Source: Promethearchaeia archaeon
GTDB lineage: Archaea > Asgardarchaeota > Lokiarchaeia > Sigyniarchaeales > SOKP01
NCBI GenBank assembly: GCA_029856045.1
Contig: JAHQWG010000043.1
Span: forward strand, 55,153 to 119,152
Direction: 5' to 3'
DNA length: 64,000 nt
Shown: in pieces, positions 8,728 through 19,509 of the stretch
Layout of the letters: every line of letters begins with the position of its first letter
Position numbering within the stretch: the first letter of the stretch is position 1
Position numbers and translations under genes: made by a program
The notes under the pieces: model-generated
What the model saw: only the letters and a program-made list of their open reading frames with translations
What the model was told of the DNA's origin: nothing
Databases searched by the model: none

Positions 8728-9933
8728 ATGAGAAGTATATTCCCAAATTTAACGGAACAAGAAATAATGTGGAAAAATGAAGTTGATGAAACGTTAAAAA
8801 ATGAGCTCGCTCCTTTTATTGATGACATTGAAAATGGGAAAAAGGAAATGTGGGATATTATAAAATCTATTGGTAAAAAAGGATATTGTGGTGTTACATT
8901 TCCCAAACGATTCGGAGGGTTGGGACTTCCCACGAAATATGAATTAATATTATCTGAATCTATTTCTGCTTATAGTTTACCAGTTGATATGGCAAGATTA
9001 GCAGGATCTTATCCAGCTTTTTTAATTCGAATGTTTGGTAAATCAAAACAACTAGGAAATTATGTTGAAGAGTTAGTAAAAGGAGAAAAAATTGGAGCTT
9101 TTTGTTTTACTGAGCCTGATGCAGGGAGTGATTTATCACGAATGAAAACAATTGCTGAGAAAGATGAAAATGCCGATGAATATATCTTAACAGGTGAAAA
9201 GCGGTTTATTGTGAACGGTAGTATTGCAGATTATCTTGTTATATATGCCCGTAATGGAGCTTTTATAATAGAATCAGCGTGGGATGGTTTTGAAGTTATT
9301 GAAGAATATCAATTGATGGGACTTCACGGACTACATCTCGGGCATTTAAAACTTAATCAAATAAGAATCCCATTAGAAAATGCGTTATTCTTCAAAAAAC
9401 TAGAAAAAGATTCACCCAAACGCTCATCCGGAAAAACATCATCTATTGATAGTTTGCAAAATATGCTTGCTCCTGAGAGAGTTGCATTATCAGTTCAAGC
9501 TCTAGGAGTCGCAAAGACAGCATTATATACTGCTATAAAATACTCTCAAGAAAGGGTTCAATTCAAAAGACCTATCTCAGCATTTGAGGGAATTAGCTTT
9601 AAAATTGCAAAAATGGCTACTAAATTTGAAGCAGCAAAATCTTTATTAAATCGGATGGTTGATAAGATGGAAAATGGAACATTAGCAGCAATGACTAAAT
9701 TATTTTGTTGCCAAATAGCATTTGAAGTTTGCGATGATGCACTTCAAATTTTAGGCGGAATCGGATATACCAATAAATATTCTATTGAAAGATGTCTAAG
9801 AGATGTTCGCTTATTACGGATTGGGGGAGGAACTGATGAGATAATGATGTATGTAATTCAAAAGGGAATATATAAAGGGGAATTAGAAAAAGAAACGATA
9901 TCTGAAAAGGAAAAAATAAATTCTTTTTGGTGA
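8728..9933 (+). CDS. Acyl-CoA dehydrogenase
   Basis: FCFTEPDAGSD, GEKRFIVNG, ERVQFKRPI, QILGGIGY, RIGGGTDEI. Confidence 0.95.
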   Translation: MRSIFPNLTEQEIMWKNEVDETLKNELAPFIDDIENGKKEMWDIIKSIGKKGYCGVTFPKRFGGLGLPTKYELILSESISAYSLPVDMARLAGSYPAFLIRMFGKSKQLGNYVEELVKGEKIGAFCFTEPDAGSDLSRMKTIAEKDENADEYILTGEKRFIVNGSIADYLVIYARNGAFIIESAWDGFEVIEEYQLMGLHGLHLGHLKLNQIRIPLENALFFKKLEKDSPKRSSGKTSSIDSLQNMLAPERVALSVQALGVAKTALYTAIKYSQERVQFKRPISAFEGISFKIAKMATKFEAAKSLLNRMVDKMENGTLAAMTKLFCCQIAFEVCDDALQILGGIGYTNKYSIERCLRDVRLLRIGGGTDEIMMYVIQKGIYKGELEKETISEKEKINSFW

Positions 9934-9961
9934 GTTTAAAATTTCAAAACAAAGTAAAATT

Positions 9962-10777
9962 TTGTCAAAAGAAGAGATGCAAGATTTTTTTTTTGAGGAT
10001 CCAGTCTCTGGTAAATTAAAAAAGAGTCTTGGAGATACATCTGTAGAATATTTCTATTTTGATGAAAATTTTATCATTGAGACTAAAAATAAACAAGTTG
10101 CAAATGCCGCGTTATTAAAAGGTAAATCTCAATTAACATTAAAAGATAAAAAATATGAATTAAAACAGTTTGATATGTTCTTCCTACCTCCGAATACTTC
10201 GGTTCAAATATTACCAAAAGAAATAGATTTCATAAATAATAAAATTTGTATCGTAAAAACGCCTATTATTAGTACAGATATAAATCCAGATTGTAAATTT
10301 GATTTACAGAGATTTGAATTTAATAACTTTTTACCTCGAGGTGAATTGAGCGACAATAAAAAAATGGGAACATTTAGAACCGTTTGGACCGCATTTAAAA
10401 ATGGTTATTTTATATCAGGATTAACTGATATTCCATCCATATCCTTAAAGGAAGGAGTTGTAACAAGCGTTAATATTGAAAAATCAACAGATGGGAATTT
10501 AGAAATTTACCCTCACATACATCAAGGTTTTCCCGAAGTTTATATTTTTTGCATCCCCGATAAAACTACTGCTGTTACACAATATTTAATAAATAAGAGT
10601 GGAGAATCCATTGTCAGGGAGCGATATAATGGTGAAGGATTACTCTTCCCTGGAGAACTTGGTCATATGAATTTTGCTAAACCTAATTATAAAAATCTAA
10701 AATATTGTATTTATATGTGGATAATTGGAACCTATGGAAAAGTAAAGGAAATTAAACCTATAACACTAAAGATTTAA
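9962..10777 (+). CDS. Cupin-fold protein, possibly IolB/KduI-like
   Basis: YPHIHQGFPEVYIF and a downstream GH metal-binding cupin pattern. Confidence 0.5.
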   Translation: MSKEEMQDFFFEDPVSGKLKKSLGDTSVEYFYFDENFIIETKNKQVANAALLKGKSQLTLKDKKYELKQFDMFFLPPNTSVQILPKEIDFINNKICIVKTPIISTDINPDCKFDLQRFEFNNFLPRGELSDNKKMGTFRTVWTAFKNGYFISGLTDIPSISLKEGVVTSVNIEKSTDGNLEIYPHIHQGFPEVYIFCIPDKTTAVTQYLINKSGESIVRERYNGEGLLFPGELGHMNFAKPNYKNLKYCIYMWIIGTYGKVKEIKPITLKI

Positions 10778-10785
10778 TTTTTTTC

Positions 10786-11193
10786 TTAAATTTTGAAAAA
10801 GATTGTGTTATTTTTTGATTTCCAAAAAATTAAACCCTTTAAAATTAACAACTCTATTTCTCTCTTAATAGTATCTATATCTAAATTAATATTTTTATCT
10901 TTTAAATATTCAAAAATTTCTTTGTAAGATGCTTTTTCCTTTATTTTTGAGAAAGGTAATAAATCTCTACAGATATTTTTACCTCGAACAATGGATTGTG
11001 TATTAGAATAAAGCATGAAAAAATTATGAGCAAGAGCATCATTAAATTCATCATCATCATAATTTTTCATTTTTTCAAGTAAACTTAATGCTTGTTCAAA
11101 TTTTTCTTCCTGGATTAATTTTTCAGCTATGGATAATTCCTCTTTAAAATTGTTTGTATGAACCTTTTCTTTTTTTGAATTCATATCATCCAC
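10786..11193 (-). CDS. Hypothetical protein, helical repeat plus winged helix (PCI-like)
   Basis: TPR-like AEKLIQEEKFEQALSLL and C-terminal IELLILKGLI...NNTIFF. Confidence 0.5.
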   Translation of the reverse strand: MDDMNSKKEKVHTNNFKEELSIAEKLIQEEKFEQALSLLEKMKNYDDDEFNDALAHNFFMLYSNTQSIVRGKNICRDLLPFSKIKEKASYKEIFEYLKDKNINLDIDTIKREIELLILKGLIFWKSKNNTIFFKI

Positions 11194-11374
11194 ATTTTAT
11201 TATCTTTGGAATTGTGTTATTATTATAACCTCATTAAGAAAGATTTCAGAGAGTTTTTCTGTGTATTTATTTAATTCGAGAATATTAAAGGAAACATATA
11301 TATATATTGAAAAATTTTTTTTAGAATTATAATCATTTAGCATCTTGTGATAATAATATTTTAATACTAAAATA

Positions 11375-13447
11375 TTGATTGATTATAAAACGCAAATATT
11401 TTTGGAAAATATTGATCTCTTGGTTGGTATTGTTAATCCAAATAATAAATTTGAATTTGAATTCGTAAATGAACATATTTATATCAATTTATTGGGTTAT
11501 ACAAGTAAAGAGTTAATTGGAGAATCATTTTTAAATTTATTACATCATGATGATTTGCATATAGTAAAAAAAATATTAAAAAGAAAAACTGAATCTGAAG
11601 ATTATTTAAATGAAATAAGACTTAAACATAAAAATAATAAATATATTTGGTTTGAAATTAAGAAAAAAAGTTTTAAAGATGATAGTGATAAAAAAAAAAT
11701 ATTAATTATTTTAAAAAATATTTCAAACCGTAAGAAAATTGAGAAAAAGTTAAGAGAAAATGAGGATAGGTTTAAAAAACTCACTATAACTATACCAGAA
11801 ATTCGTTTTTGGAAATTATTTAACCCAAAAAAATATGAAGCGGTATTACAAAAATCATATGAAATGCTTCATACTGTCATGGAAAGCATTCCTCAATATA
11901 TATTTTGGAAAGATATTAATTCTACATATTTAGGATGTAATCACAGCTATATTAAACTTATAGGTATTGAATATCCTGAGGAAATAATAGGTAAAACAGA
12001 TAATGATTTTTTAACTAATAAAGAAAAGATAAAGCATCTCAAAGAACATGAAGCCAAAGTTATGATAACAAAAAAACCTGAATTTCATATAGTTGAATCA
12101 TGGGTATTAAAAAAGGGCACCATAGTATGGTTGGATATAAATAGAATACCTCTTTTCGATTCGGAAGAAAATGTGGTAGGAATTCTTGTCACTCTTGAAG
12201 ATATTACTGAAAAAAAAATCTATGAGGAACTAATATTTGAATTAAATAATAATTTTTTAAATTTCACAACAGATGTCCAAGAGAATTTAAAATTATTATT
12301 AGATACTTGTTTTAAATTAATGAACGGGGATCTCGTTTTATATATTTATAAAAATTCAAATAATAAAAAAGAGCAGTATCAAGTAATCACATCCGATAAT
12401 CAGGTATTTAATTACAATTCTGAATATTTCTTGGAGAATATTTTTGTAAATCAATTATTTTTGGCTGAGCATGATGTACCTCAAACCTTTTTTGATTTAA
12501 ATGAAACCAAATACGCTAAGACCGATCGATTTATCATTAATAACAAGATAAAAGCATGTTATGGAAAATTGATTCAATCTCATACAGAGTTTAACAGTGC
12601 TTTATGTGTCTTCTATAAAAATAAGCCAAATACAACTGACCGAGACAATATGGTTTTATATTTAATCGGAGATGCAATTGAAATTGAACAAAAACGCCGG
12701 CAAATGCAACAAGATTTAGAAGCACAAAATATAATGTTAAATGAAATTAATAAAGTAAAAACAGAGTTGTTATCTAGAACTTCACATGAATTAAAAACCC
12801 CTCTTGTTTCAATAAAAGGATTTACTGAACTTTTATTGGTACGTTATAAATCCGAATTAGATGATAAAATTGTTTCAATTTTAGAAGAAATTATGAAAGG
12901 GAGTCAAAGACTTGAAAATATTATAAATTCACTTTTGCAAAGTTCAAAATTGGATAAAGATAAGTTAGAATTAAAAATTTCTAAAGGTAATTTGACCTCC
13001 TTAATTAAAGATTGTGGAAAAGAGTTGCAAGGATTAGCAGAATTAAGGAAACAATCAATAATATTTAAGATTCAGGATTCTTTAAGTACAAATTTTGATA
13101 AAGAAATGATTCATGATGTAATTTCAAACTTATTAACAAATGCTATTAAATATACTCCTCCAGAGGGAAATATTATTATTCAATCTAAAATAAAAGATGA
13201 TTTCTATATAATTTCTATAGAAGATAATGGAATTGGGCTCACTGAAGAAGAAAAAAAGCAATTATTTAAACAATTTGGTAAAATTGAAAGATATGGTAAA
13301 GGATGGGATGTAATTATAGAGGGTACTGGGCTTGGATTATATATTTCTAAAAAAATTGTAGAATTGCACGGTGGAAAGATTTGGGTTGAATCGGAAGGAA
13401 GAAATAAAGGGAGTACTTTTTATTTCTCCATTCCAAGAATAGATTAA
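11375..13447 (+). CDS. Soluble PAS-PAS-GAF-like sensor histidine kinase
   Basis: H-box SHELKTPL, N-box NLLTNAIKY, G1 DNGIG, G2 GTGLGL and two PAS domains. Confidence 0.95.
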   Translation: MIDYKTQIFLENIDLLVGIVNPNNKFEFEFVNEHIYINLLGYTSKELIGESFLNLLHHDDLHIVKKILKRKTESEDYLNEIRLKHKNNKYIWFEIKKKSFKDDSDKKKILIILKNISNRKKIEKKLRENEDRFKKLTITIPEIRFWKLFNPKKYEAVLQKSYEMLHTVMESIPQYIFWKDINSTYLGCNHSYIKLIGIEYPEEIIGKTDNDFLTNKEKIKHLKEHEAKVMITKKPEFHIVESWVLKKGTIVWLDINRIPLFDSEENVVGILVTLEDITEKKIYEELIFELNNNFLNFTTDVQENLKLLLDTCFKLMNGDLVLYIYKNSNNKKEQYQVITSDNQVFNYNSEYFLENIFVNQLFLAEHDVPQTFFDLNETKYAKTDRFIINNKIKACYGKLIQSHTEFNSALCVFYKNKPNTTDRDNMVLYLIGDAIEIEQKRRQMQQDLEAQNIMLNEINKVKTELLSRTSHELKTPLVSIKGFTELLLVRYKSELDDKIVSILEEIMKGSQRLENIINSLLQSSKLDKDKLELKISKGNLTSLIKDCGKELQGLAELRKQSIIFKIQDSLSTNFDKEMIHDVISNLLTNAIKYTPPEGNIIIQSKIKDDFYIISIEDNGIGLTEEEKKQLFKQFGKIERYGKGWDVIIEGTGLGLYISKKIVELHGGKIWVESEGRNKGSTFYFSIPRID

Positions 13448-13687
13448 TAAATAAAAAATCCTCATAAATAGAAAACAAATTCCTATTAGAAATTCTCTTT
13501 TTAATAATATTATTTTTAGACTGCCTAGTTAAAATAGGTTTTTAAATGAAAACTCTATTATCTATGAGAGAACACAAATTTTTTCAAAGGGGTTTTTGAG
13601 GAGATTTATAAATATATTTAGGTTTCGAGTTTTTAAAAGAAAGTATTTCCATGTAAAATCAAGAATATTTCTAAAAAAAAATCAGAA

Positions 13688-14041
13688 ATGACTCGCGATA
13701 AAATTAAAACACTTTTAAACATAATTGAAAAATTTAATAATATATTTTTAGAGGATATCAAGAATAATGAAAATAAATTTAAAATAATATTAAGAGAAAA
13801 AAAACCATATTCAAAAAGAAAATATCCTCGTCGAATTATAATTTCTAATTCATATAAAACAAAAACATACTCCATTTCTACTTACGAGATTCATAAAAAT
13901 AAAAATGATGAAGAAAAATATTTAGGGATATATAATGTAAAAGTAGAAGGAAATTATGATATAAAAACAATAGCGAATGATTTAAAAGAAATAATTCATG
14001 GGAAAGATGAAATTAAAATACGCCCCAATTTTACGTTTTAA
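13688..14041 (+). CDS. Hypothetical protein
   Basis: 117-aa ATG ORF with typical composition and no recognised motif. Confidence 0.55.
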   Translation: MTRDKIKTLLNIIEKFNNIFLEDIKNNENKFKIILREKKPYSKRKYPRRIIISNSYKTKTYSISTYEIHKNKNDEEKYLGIYNVKVEGNYDIKTIANDLKEIIHGKDEIKIRPNFTF

Positions 14042-14363
14042 ATAATCTATTTAAAATTCGATTTTTTCATAATTTTTAAAAAATGTGATTTAAAATATGA
14101 TAAATTTCATTATTGTATTTTCAAATTATTTAATCGTATCTATTGGAATTTATCTTAATTAAATAATAAAATTTTTTTAAAATCCTTTTTTTCCCAATAC
14201 TTTCGGGAAAACTTGTTGATAAAAATACATTTTTAAGTATTAATTTTTATCTTTTATATTAGTTCGAGGATTCTTTAATTATTGTCGTTATCAATATCTG
14301 AGGAGATGTAGTATTTTAGATTTTAATTATTACAAAATCTCAAAAGGAGAGTTTCATCTAGAA

Positions 14364-14558
14364 TTGATTTGGTTTGAAGAGGAATTCGATTTATTATTCA
14401 ATAATAAATCTAATCTTTCTAAACAAGAAAAAATAATTGCCCATCAAATTTTAGATATTTTAAGTGAAACTATAAATAAATATTCTAATGAAAAATTCTT
14501 AACTGACTTAGTTTTTACATTAAATAAAATTGAGAAAAAGCACCCCCAATTATTTTAG
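14364..14558 (+). CDS. Small helical hypothetical protein
   Basis: 64-aa ORF with a TTG start, preceded by AAAGGAGAG. Confidence 0.55.
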   Translation: MIWFEEEFDLLFNNKSNLSKQEKIIAHQILDILSETINKYSNEKFLTDLVFTLNKIEKKHPQLF

Positions 14559-14828
14559 GCGAATTATATCATTTAAGGGTTAATTCATTAAAAAACACTT
14601 CTATATTTAGAGAGACATTTAAAATCCTTTCTTAATTGAATATAGAAAGTTTTGATGAAAATTCTTAAAATTGAATATAAAAATTTATTTTCTTTTGTCA
14701 TTAATTACAAAATCCTTATAAAAAAAATTATTTAATTAGAATTTGTTATCCATTAATAGATATATATAAATATACTATTGATATAAGATTAAAACTAACA
14801 AGTAAAATTTTATACAATTGACAGAAAT

Positions 14829-15221
14829 ATGCAACTAGATAAATCATCTTTAGAAAAGCAAATCAGTAAGGCAACGGAATATTTAGACGAAAAAAAAAAT
14901 GTTAAAGCAGAACAATACTTAGATAAAATAGTAAAAAAAGATCCCGTAAATGATGAGGCTTGGCTTCTACTAGGTATAGCAAAACGCCGTTTAGGTAAAA
15001 GAAAAGAGGCTATAGAATGTTTTACCGCTGCAACTGAACTTAACGTATCAAAAGAAGAGGCGTGGGGATTACTTACGATTACCTTAGTTGATCAAGGAAA
15101 TATCGATATGGCCAAAAAAACTATTGAAAAGGCAGGACGATTGAACCCAGATAATTCTAGGATACAGTTTTTGCGCCATGCATTAATAGAAACTTATATC
15201 AAATATGGTCCATTTTTTTAA
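14829..15221 (+). CDS. Tetratricopeptide repeat protein
   Basis: TPR consensus (DPVNDEAWLLLGIA...A...F; EAWGLL...LNPDN). Confidence 0.9.
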   Translation: MQLDKSSLEKQISKATEYLDEKKNVKAEQYLDKIVKKDPVNDEAWLLLGIAKRRLGKRKEAIECFTAATELNVSKEEAWGLLTITLVDQGNIDMAKKTIEKAGRLNPDNSRIQFLRHALIETYIKYGPFF

Positions 15222-15276
15222 TCTTTTTGGAATATAAAATTAATTCCATACAAACATATAGAGTAGGTGTTCGTAA

Positions 15277-16509
15277 ATGATCTTAAAAAAAGAAATTATT
15301 ACTAAAAAACCTGTAAGAACTATTGAAGATTTTCTATATTCTTTTCCAAAATTTAGAGATCTTGATCTTCATGAAGGAATTTCTTTTAGTAGTAAATCAG
15401 GTTGTAAAATTAAACCGAGCATTCAATTAGCAAAACCAAGTGAAGCTAAAGAAATAGTACAGGTTTTTAAGGAAGTATATCGCGGTTCTTACCCTTACAA
15501 AGAACTGGAAGATGAAATAGAAATCCAAAAGATGATAAGAGATCCAGATTTTCATTGGATAGTGTTTAAAATTAATAAAGATGAAATTATTGGTTGTACC
15601 GCCTTTCATGTAGATATTGAGAACAGAAGTGGAACATTTCATGGTTTTGCTATCAAAAAAAAAAATCAAGGGTTAACCGATCTTGTAAAACTCTCGAATG
15701 CATGTTTGTATTCAATTCTAAAACTCTATAAAAATAAGGTTCTGTTATGGTATTGTGAAGTCCGTTCAGCTCATACAAAATCCCAATATATGGGAAGATT
15801 TTTAGGATTGGATCCAATTGCATTCTTGCCCAATAAAGATATTTTCTTTAATCGTGAGGAATCTGAATTTATTTATATTATGTATGATAAAGAAGCATTG
15901 GGGAAATATAGAAGTAAAGAAATTCCTAAGATTACCCATCAAGTGTTAAAATGTTATTATTATGCTTTTAAAAAATATAATCTTGATATTCCTGTCGTTA
16001 AAAATCCTGAGTTAAAACTCAATGAATTAAAAGTTAGGGAAATTAAAAATCAGTTAATAAGGAGTATCGAAAAAGATAGGTTTGGGAATGAACTAGTAAC
16101 GATTTCAATTAAAAATAGTGAATCATATATTAGATTTCTCCATCACCCACTCATTCAAACTATTGAACAAACAACTTATAAAGTTGATAATATTGAGGAG
16201 TTATTTATTTTTGTAGAGCAAGTAAAAGAATTGATATTGAAATCAAATATTCGTTATTTTGAATGTTTTGTGTCGTCATATATACCAACCCATCAAGCAA
16301 TTTTCCTCAATGCAGGTTTGAAACCAACAGGATATATTCCTAGTTGGAGATATAACAAACATAAAAGGATTCTTGAAGATATAATCGTTTTTACATATTG
16401 CAAGAATGAGATTAGTAAGAATATAAAATTAATCAGTGAAACTGAGGAATTTCTTAAAACGATTTATCCTAATTGGGACATTTTTAAAATAAGAATCAAT
16501 AATTATTAA
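15277..16509 (+). CDS. Tandem GNAT-fold acyltransferase
   Basis: GNAT motif A region (GFAIKKKNQG) and a second domain ending FLNAGLKPTGYIP. Confidence 0.7.
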   Translation: MILKKEIITKKPVRTIEDFLYSFPKFRDLDLHEGISFSSKSGCKIKPSIQLAKPSEAKEIVQVFKEVYRGSYPYKELEDEIEIQKMIRDPDFHWIVFKINKDEIIGCTAFHVDIENRSGTFHGFAIKKKNQGLTDLVKLSNACLYSILKLYKNKVLLWYCEVRSAHTKSQYMGRFLGLDPIAFLPNKDIFFNREESEFIYIMYDKEALGKYRSKEIPKITHQVLKCYYYAFKKYNLDIPVVKNPELKLNELKVREIKNQLIRSIEKDRFGNELVTISIKNSESYIRFLHHPLIQTIEQTTYKVDNIEELFIFVEQVKELILKSNIRYFECFVSSYIPTHQAIFLNAGLKPTGYIPSWRYNKHKRILEDIIVFTYCKNEISKNIKLISETEEFLKTIYPNWDIFKIRINNY

Positions 16510-16514
16510 TTAAA

Positions 16515-17543
16515 ATGATAAAAAGAGAAAGTCAATTAGACACATATATTATTGATGATATTCACAAAATATTAGAATATCTTCAATTGGGAACCACTAT
16601 TCCTATATGGCCAGAATTTCATAAATATATCCTATATGATCTCAATCATTTTCATGTAAAATCAATACTACTCACTGAAACAGTTGATAGAGAATATACC
16701 GTGGGACATGTACTAATTTTTCATCACAATAGCGATACACTATACTTTGGATTTTTTGGTGTAGTAAATAATGTTAAAGAGAAGATTGATTTCTTAATTA
16801 GGGCATTAATTGAGTATGCTAAAGAAAATAATTTTAGATCAATTCAAGGTCCCATTAATATCCCAATAATTATCTACGGTTGGGGTTTTATGGAAGAAGG
16901 TAGTTTAACAGACCTTTTTATTGGTAAGCCTGTAAATCCACCCATTTATCAAAATTTGTTCATACAAAATGATTTTTCTGTAAAAACTAAAATATTATCT
17001 TGGGAAGGATACTTCAAAAGGATTCCTGAAAAAGAAATGAATAAATTTGACTTTAGTGAATATGAAATATTCCACCCTAAAAATTGGGACGAATTAATGA
17101 CCCTTAAAAAAATTTTTCTGGAATTAAATGCTAGAAATTTGGCATTTGAAACACAAATAACTCCAGATATTGGAAAACTTTTTGAAAATTATGTAGAGTT
17201 TGTGAAAGAATATGGAGATCTTTTTATGTTCCTTTTTTTGCGATATAAAATAACTGGCGAGATAGTTGGTTGTATAGCGTGTCTTCCAAATCCATTCAGA
17301 AGAAATACTCAAGGAAATTATGACTCCTTCGCTCCGTTCAGCATTGTATTAGATAAAGTTCATCGTAAAAAAGGTGTTGGACTGTTAATAATCAAAACTA
17401 TTTTTGAAGGTGCAAATGAAAAAAATATACGATATTTATCATCACCCGTTGAAAGCAGACAAAAAGTAAGCATTTATCTTGCAACATTTAAAGCTGGTTT
17501 ATCCCTTTCTCGAACGCATTTAATTTTAGAATATATGTTCTAA
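16515..17543 (+). CDS. Two-domain GNAT N-acyltransferase (YghO / bacterial ceramide-synthase-like)
   Basis: YFGFFG, IQGPIN, WGFMEEG, PVNPPIYQNLF, and acyl-CoA motif HRKKGVG. Confidence 0.7.
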   Translation: MIKRESQLDTYIIDDIHKILEYLQLGTTIPIWPEFHKYILYDLNHFHVKSILLTETVDREYTVGHVLIFHHNSDTLYFGFFGVVNNVKEKIDFLIRALIEYAKENNFRSIQGPINIPIIIYGWGFMEEGSLTDLFIGKPVNPPIYQNLFIQNDFSVKTKILSWEGYFKRIPEKEMNKFDFSEYEIFHPKNWDELMTLKKIFLELNARNLAFETQITPDIGKLFENYVEFVKEYGDLFMFLFLRYKITGEIVGCIACLPNPFRRNTQGNYDSFAPFSIVLDKVHRKKGVGLLIIKTIFEGANEKNIRYLSSPVESRQKVSIYLATFKAGLSLSRTHLILEYMF

Positions 17544-17575
17544 ATATTGTTTGATATTAATTTTAAAGATTAATA

Positions 17576-18430
17576 ATGTTTGAACAAAGAAAACCTCAAA
17601 ATTGGCCAGAATCTTATTGGAATCATATCAAAAGAAATATTGGGCTTATTAAAATTCTAGAACAAGAAAAATTACGAGGTGCATCTGTCACTATCTTTGG
17701 CATGGGTGGACTCGGGGGACCAGTAGCAGAGCAACTCATCAGGTCTGGGATTGAATATATTTCAATATGCGATAATAAAACATTTGAAGAATCAAATCTC
17801 AACAGACAAATTTGTACAAGAGAGGATATTGGGAAATATAAAGTTGATATAACTGAAGAACTTCTTAGAAAAATAAATCCAGATATAACAATTTATAAAT
17901 ATTATGAAGTTAGTAAAAAAAACATTTCTAAATTATTGAGAAACGCAGCAGTATCCGTTTTAACTCTTGACGATCCAATTGTATCAATTTTAATCGCCCG
18001 TGAATGTCTAAAAAGGGATATTCCTTTGGTGGAGTCTTGGGGAATCCCTTATCTTTGGGCATGGTGGTTTACTTCTAAGAACATTGATTATGAAACATGC
18101 TATAGATTCGACACCAATGAAATGACCATAAATGAGATCAAACAGTCTGAGGAAATTCTTTTGAATATGAAAAAACGAGTATTTGATATAATGCAACAAT
18201 TCCCAAACATATTAGAAACATATGATCGAGAAAAGGGTACGGTCGAAGGACTACTCTCCGGGCAGTTTCCTTTTATATCTTTCGCACCAATAGTAAGGAT
18301 GACCGTATCGTATCTTTCTTTTGAAATCATCTTCTCTGGAATACTAAAAATTAAACAAATGATTTTAGCGCCAAATATTATAGGTTATGATTACATTCAA
18401 ATGAAACCAATTAATTTTAGTGTTGGTTAA
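17576..18430 (+). CDS. ThiF/MoeB/HesA-family adenylyltransferase
   Basis: RNIG...EQEKL, GMGGLGG, FEESNLNRQ, GKYKV. No CxxC zinc pairs. Confidence 0.9.
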   Translation: MFEQRKPQNWPESYWNHIKRNIGLIKILEQEKLRGASVTIFGMGGLGGPVAEQLIRSGIEYISICDNKTFEESNLNRQICTREDIGKYKVDITEELLRKINPDITIYKYYEVSKKNISKLLRNAAVSVLTLDDPIVSILIARECLKRDIPLVESWGIPYLWAWWFTSKNIDYETCYRFDTNEMTINEIKQSEEILLNMKKRVFDIMQQFPNILETYDREKGTVEGLLSGQFPFISFAPIVRMTVSYLSFEIIFSGILKIKQMILAPNIIGYDYIQMKPINFSVG

Positions 18431-18550
18431 TTAGAAAATAATTAAATAAACATTTACTAATGGTTTAAATATATATATATATTGGTATTATTGATATTTT
18501 AAAGTAAAAAAAATTTTAAAAAATTATTATTTCTAACAGGGGATGGAATT

Positions 18551-19255
18551 TTGATTTTTCAAGGAACAGAATGGATAAGGGAATTATTTATTCTTATCTT
18601 GTATCCATTTCTTGTAATATTTTTCCTAATTCTTGCATATAAAGTGTTAAAAAGAAAAAGAGACCGTGCACCAATAACTTTAAGTACATTTTATATAATA
18701 GTCAGCGTTGGTTTGATGCTAAATATTATATATTTATTAGTGACAATTACCGAAGTAGAAATCGTTCTTTATTTGTTATATTATTTATCTTCGTTTTTAA
18801 CCATCTTTTCCTTTATTTTTATTATTCTTTTTATAAATATTATTCTTAAAGTGGATTTTACAAACAAGAAATATTTGCTTATTGTATTTTTCTATGCTTT
18901 AGGATGTATTCTATTACATCTTTTTCCGGGAGGAATAACTCTCACTGAAAATTGGACACCTGTTTATAATTGGATTTTTTTTATTTTAGCCTATATTTAT
19001 ATTACCTTTTTTATCGCCGTTCCTTCAATCGTATATTCAATACAATTATCTCGTAAATTTATAGATCAAAATTTAAAAAAGAAGTTGAAAATGTTTCTTA
19101 TTGGTATTACTGGAATGATATTTACTTTATATGGAGCTATACTCTTTAATACTTGGCAAGATCCAATCTTTAAGTCCATATATAGTGTTTCCGTAATAAT
19201 TATATTGATTTCATCGGGATTACTAATATATTACGGAATTGGACGAACTCTGTAA
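18551..19255 (+). CDS. Stand-alone 7TM membrane protein (HisKA_7TM-like)
   Basis: Seven hydrophobic segments and no cytoplasmic output domain. Confidence 0.7.
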   Translation: MIFQGTEWIRELFILILYPFLVIFFLILAYKVLKRKRDRAPITLSTFYIIVSVGLMLNIIYLLVTITEVEIVLYLLYYLSSFLTIFSFIFIILFINIILKVDFTNKKYLLIVFFYALGCILLHLFPGGITLTENWTPVYNWIFFILAYIYITFFIAVPSIVYSIQLSRKFIDQNLKKKLKMFLIGITGMIFTLYGAILFNTWQDPIFKSIYSVSVIIILISSGLLIYYGIGRTL

Positions 19256-19509
19256 AATTAGATATTTTTCTGCTTTTCTTCATCCGATAAATTTAAAGGA
19301 TATTTATGGAAAAGGTTATTTCAAAACGAAAGTTTTAGAAAATAGTTTTTTCACTTTATTTTTTATAAGGTAAAGTTTTAACTTATAAAATTCTTTAAAC
19401 TTATTTACAATATATCTCTTATATTTTATAATAAGAACAGATAATAAGTTAATTCCATAATTATTAGATTGAATATATCAGTTATTATATAAAATTGAGG
19501 TAATTTGAA

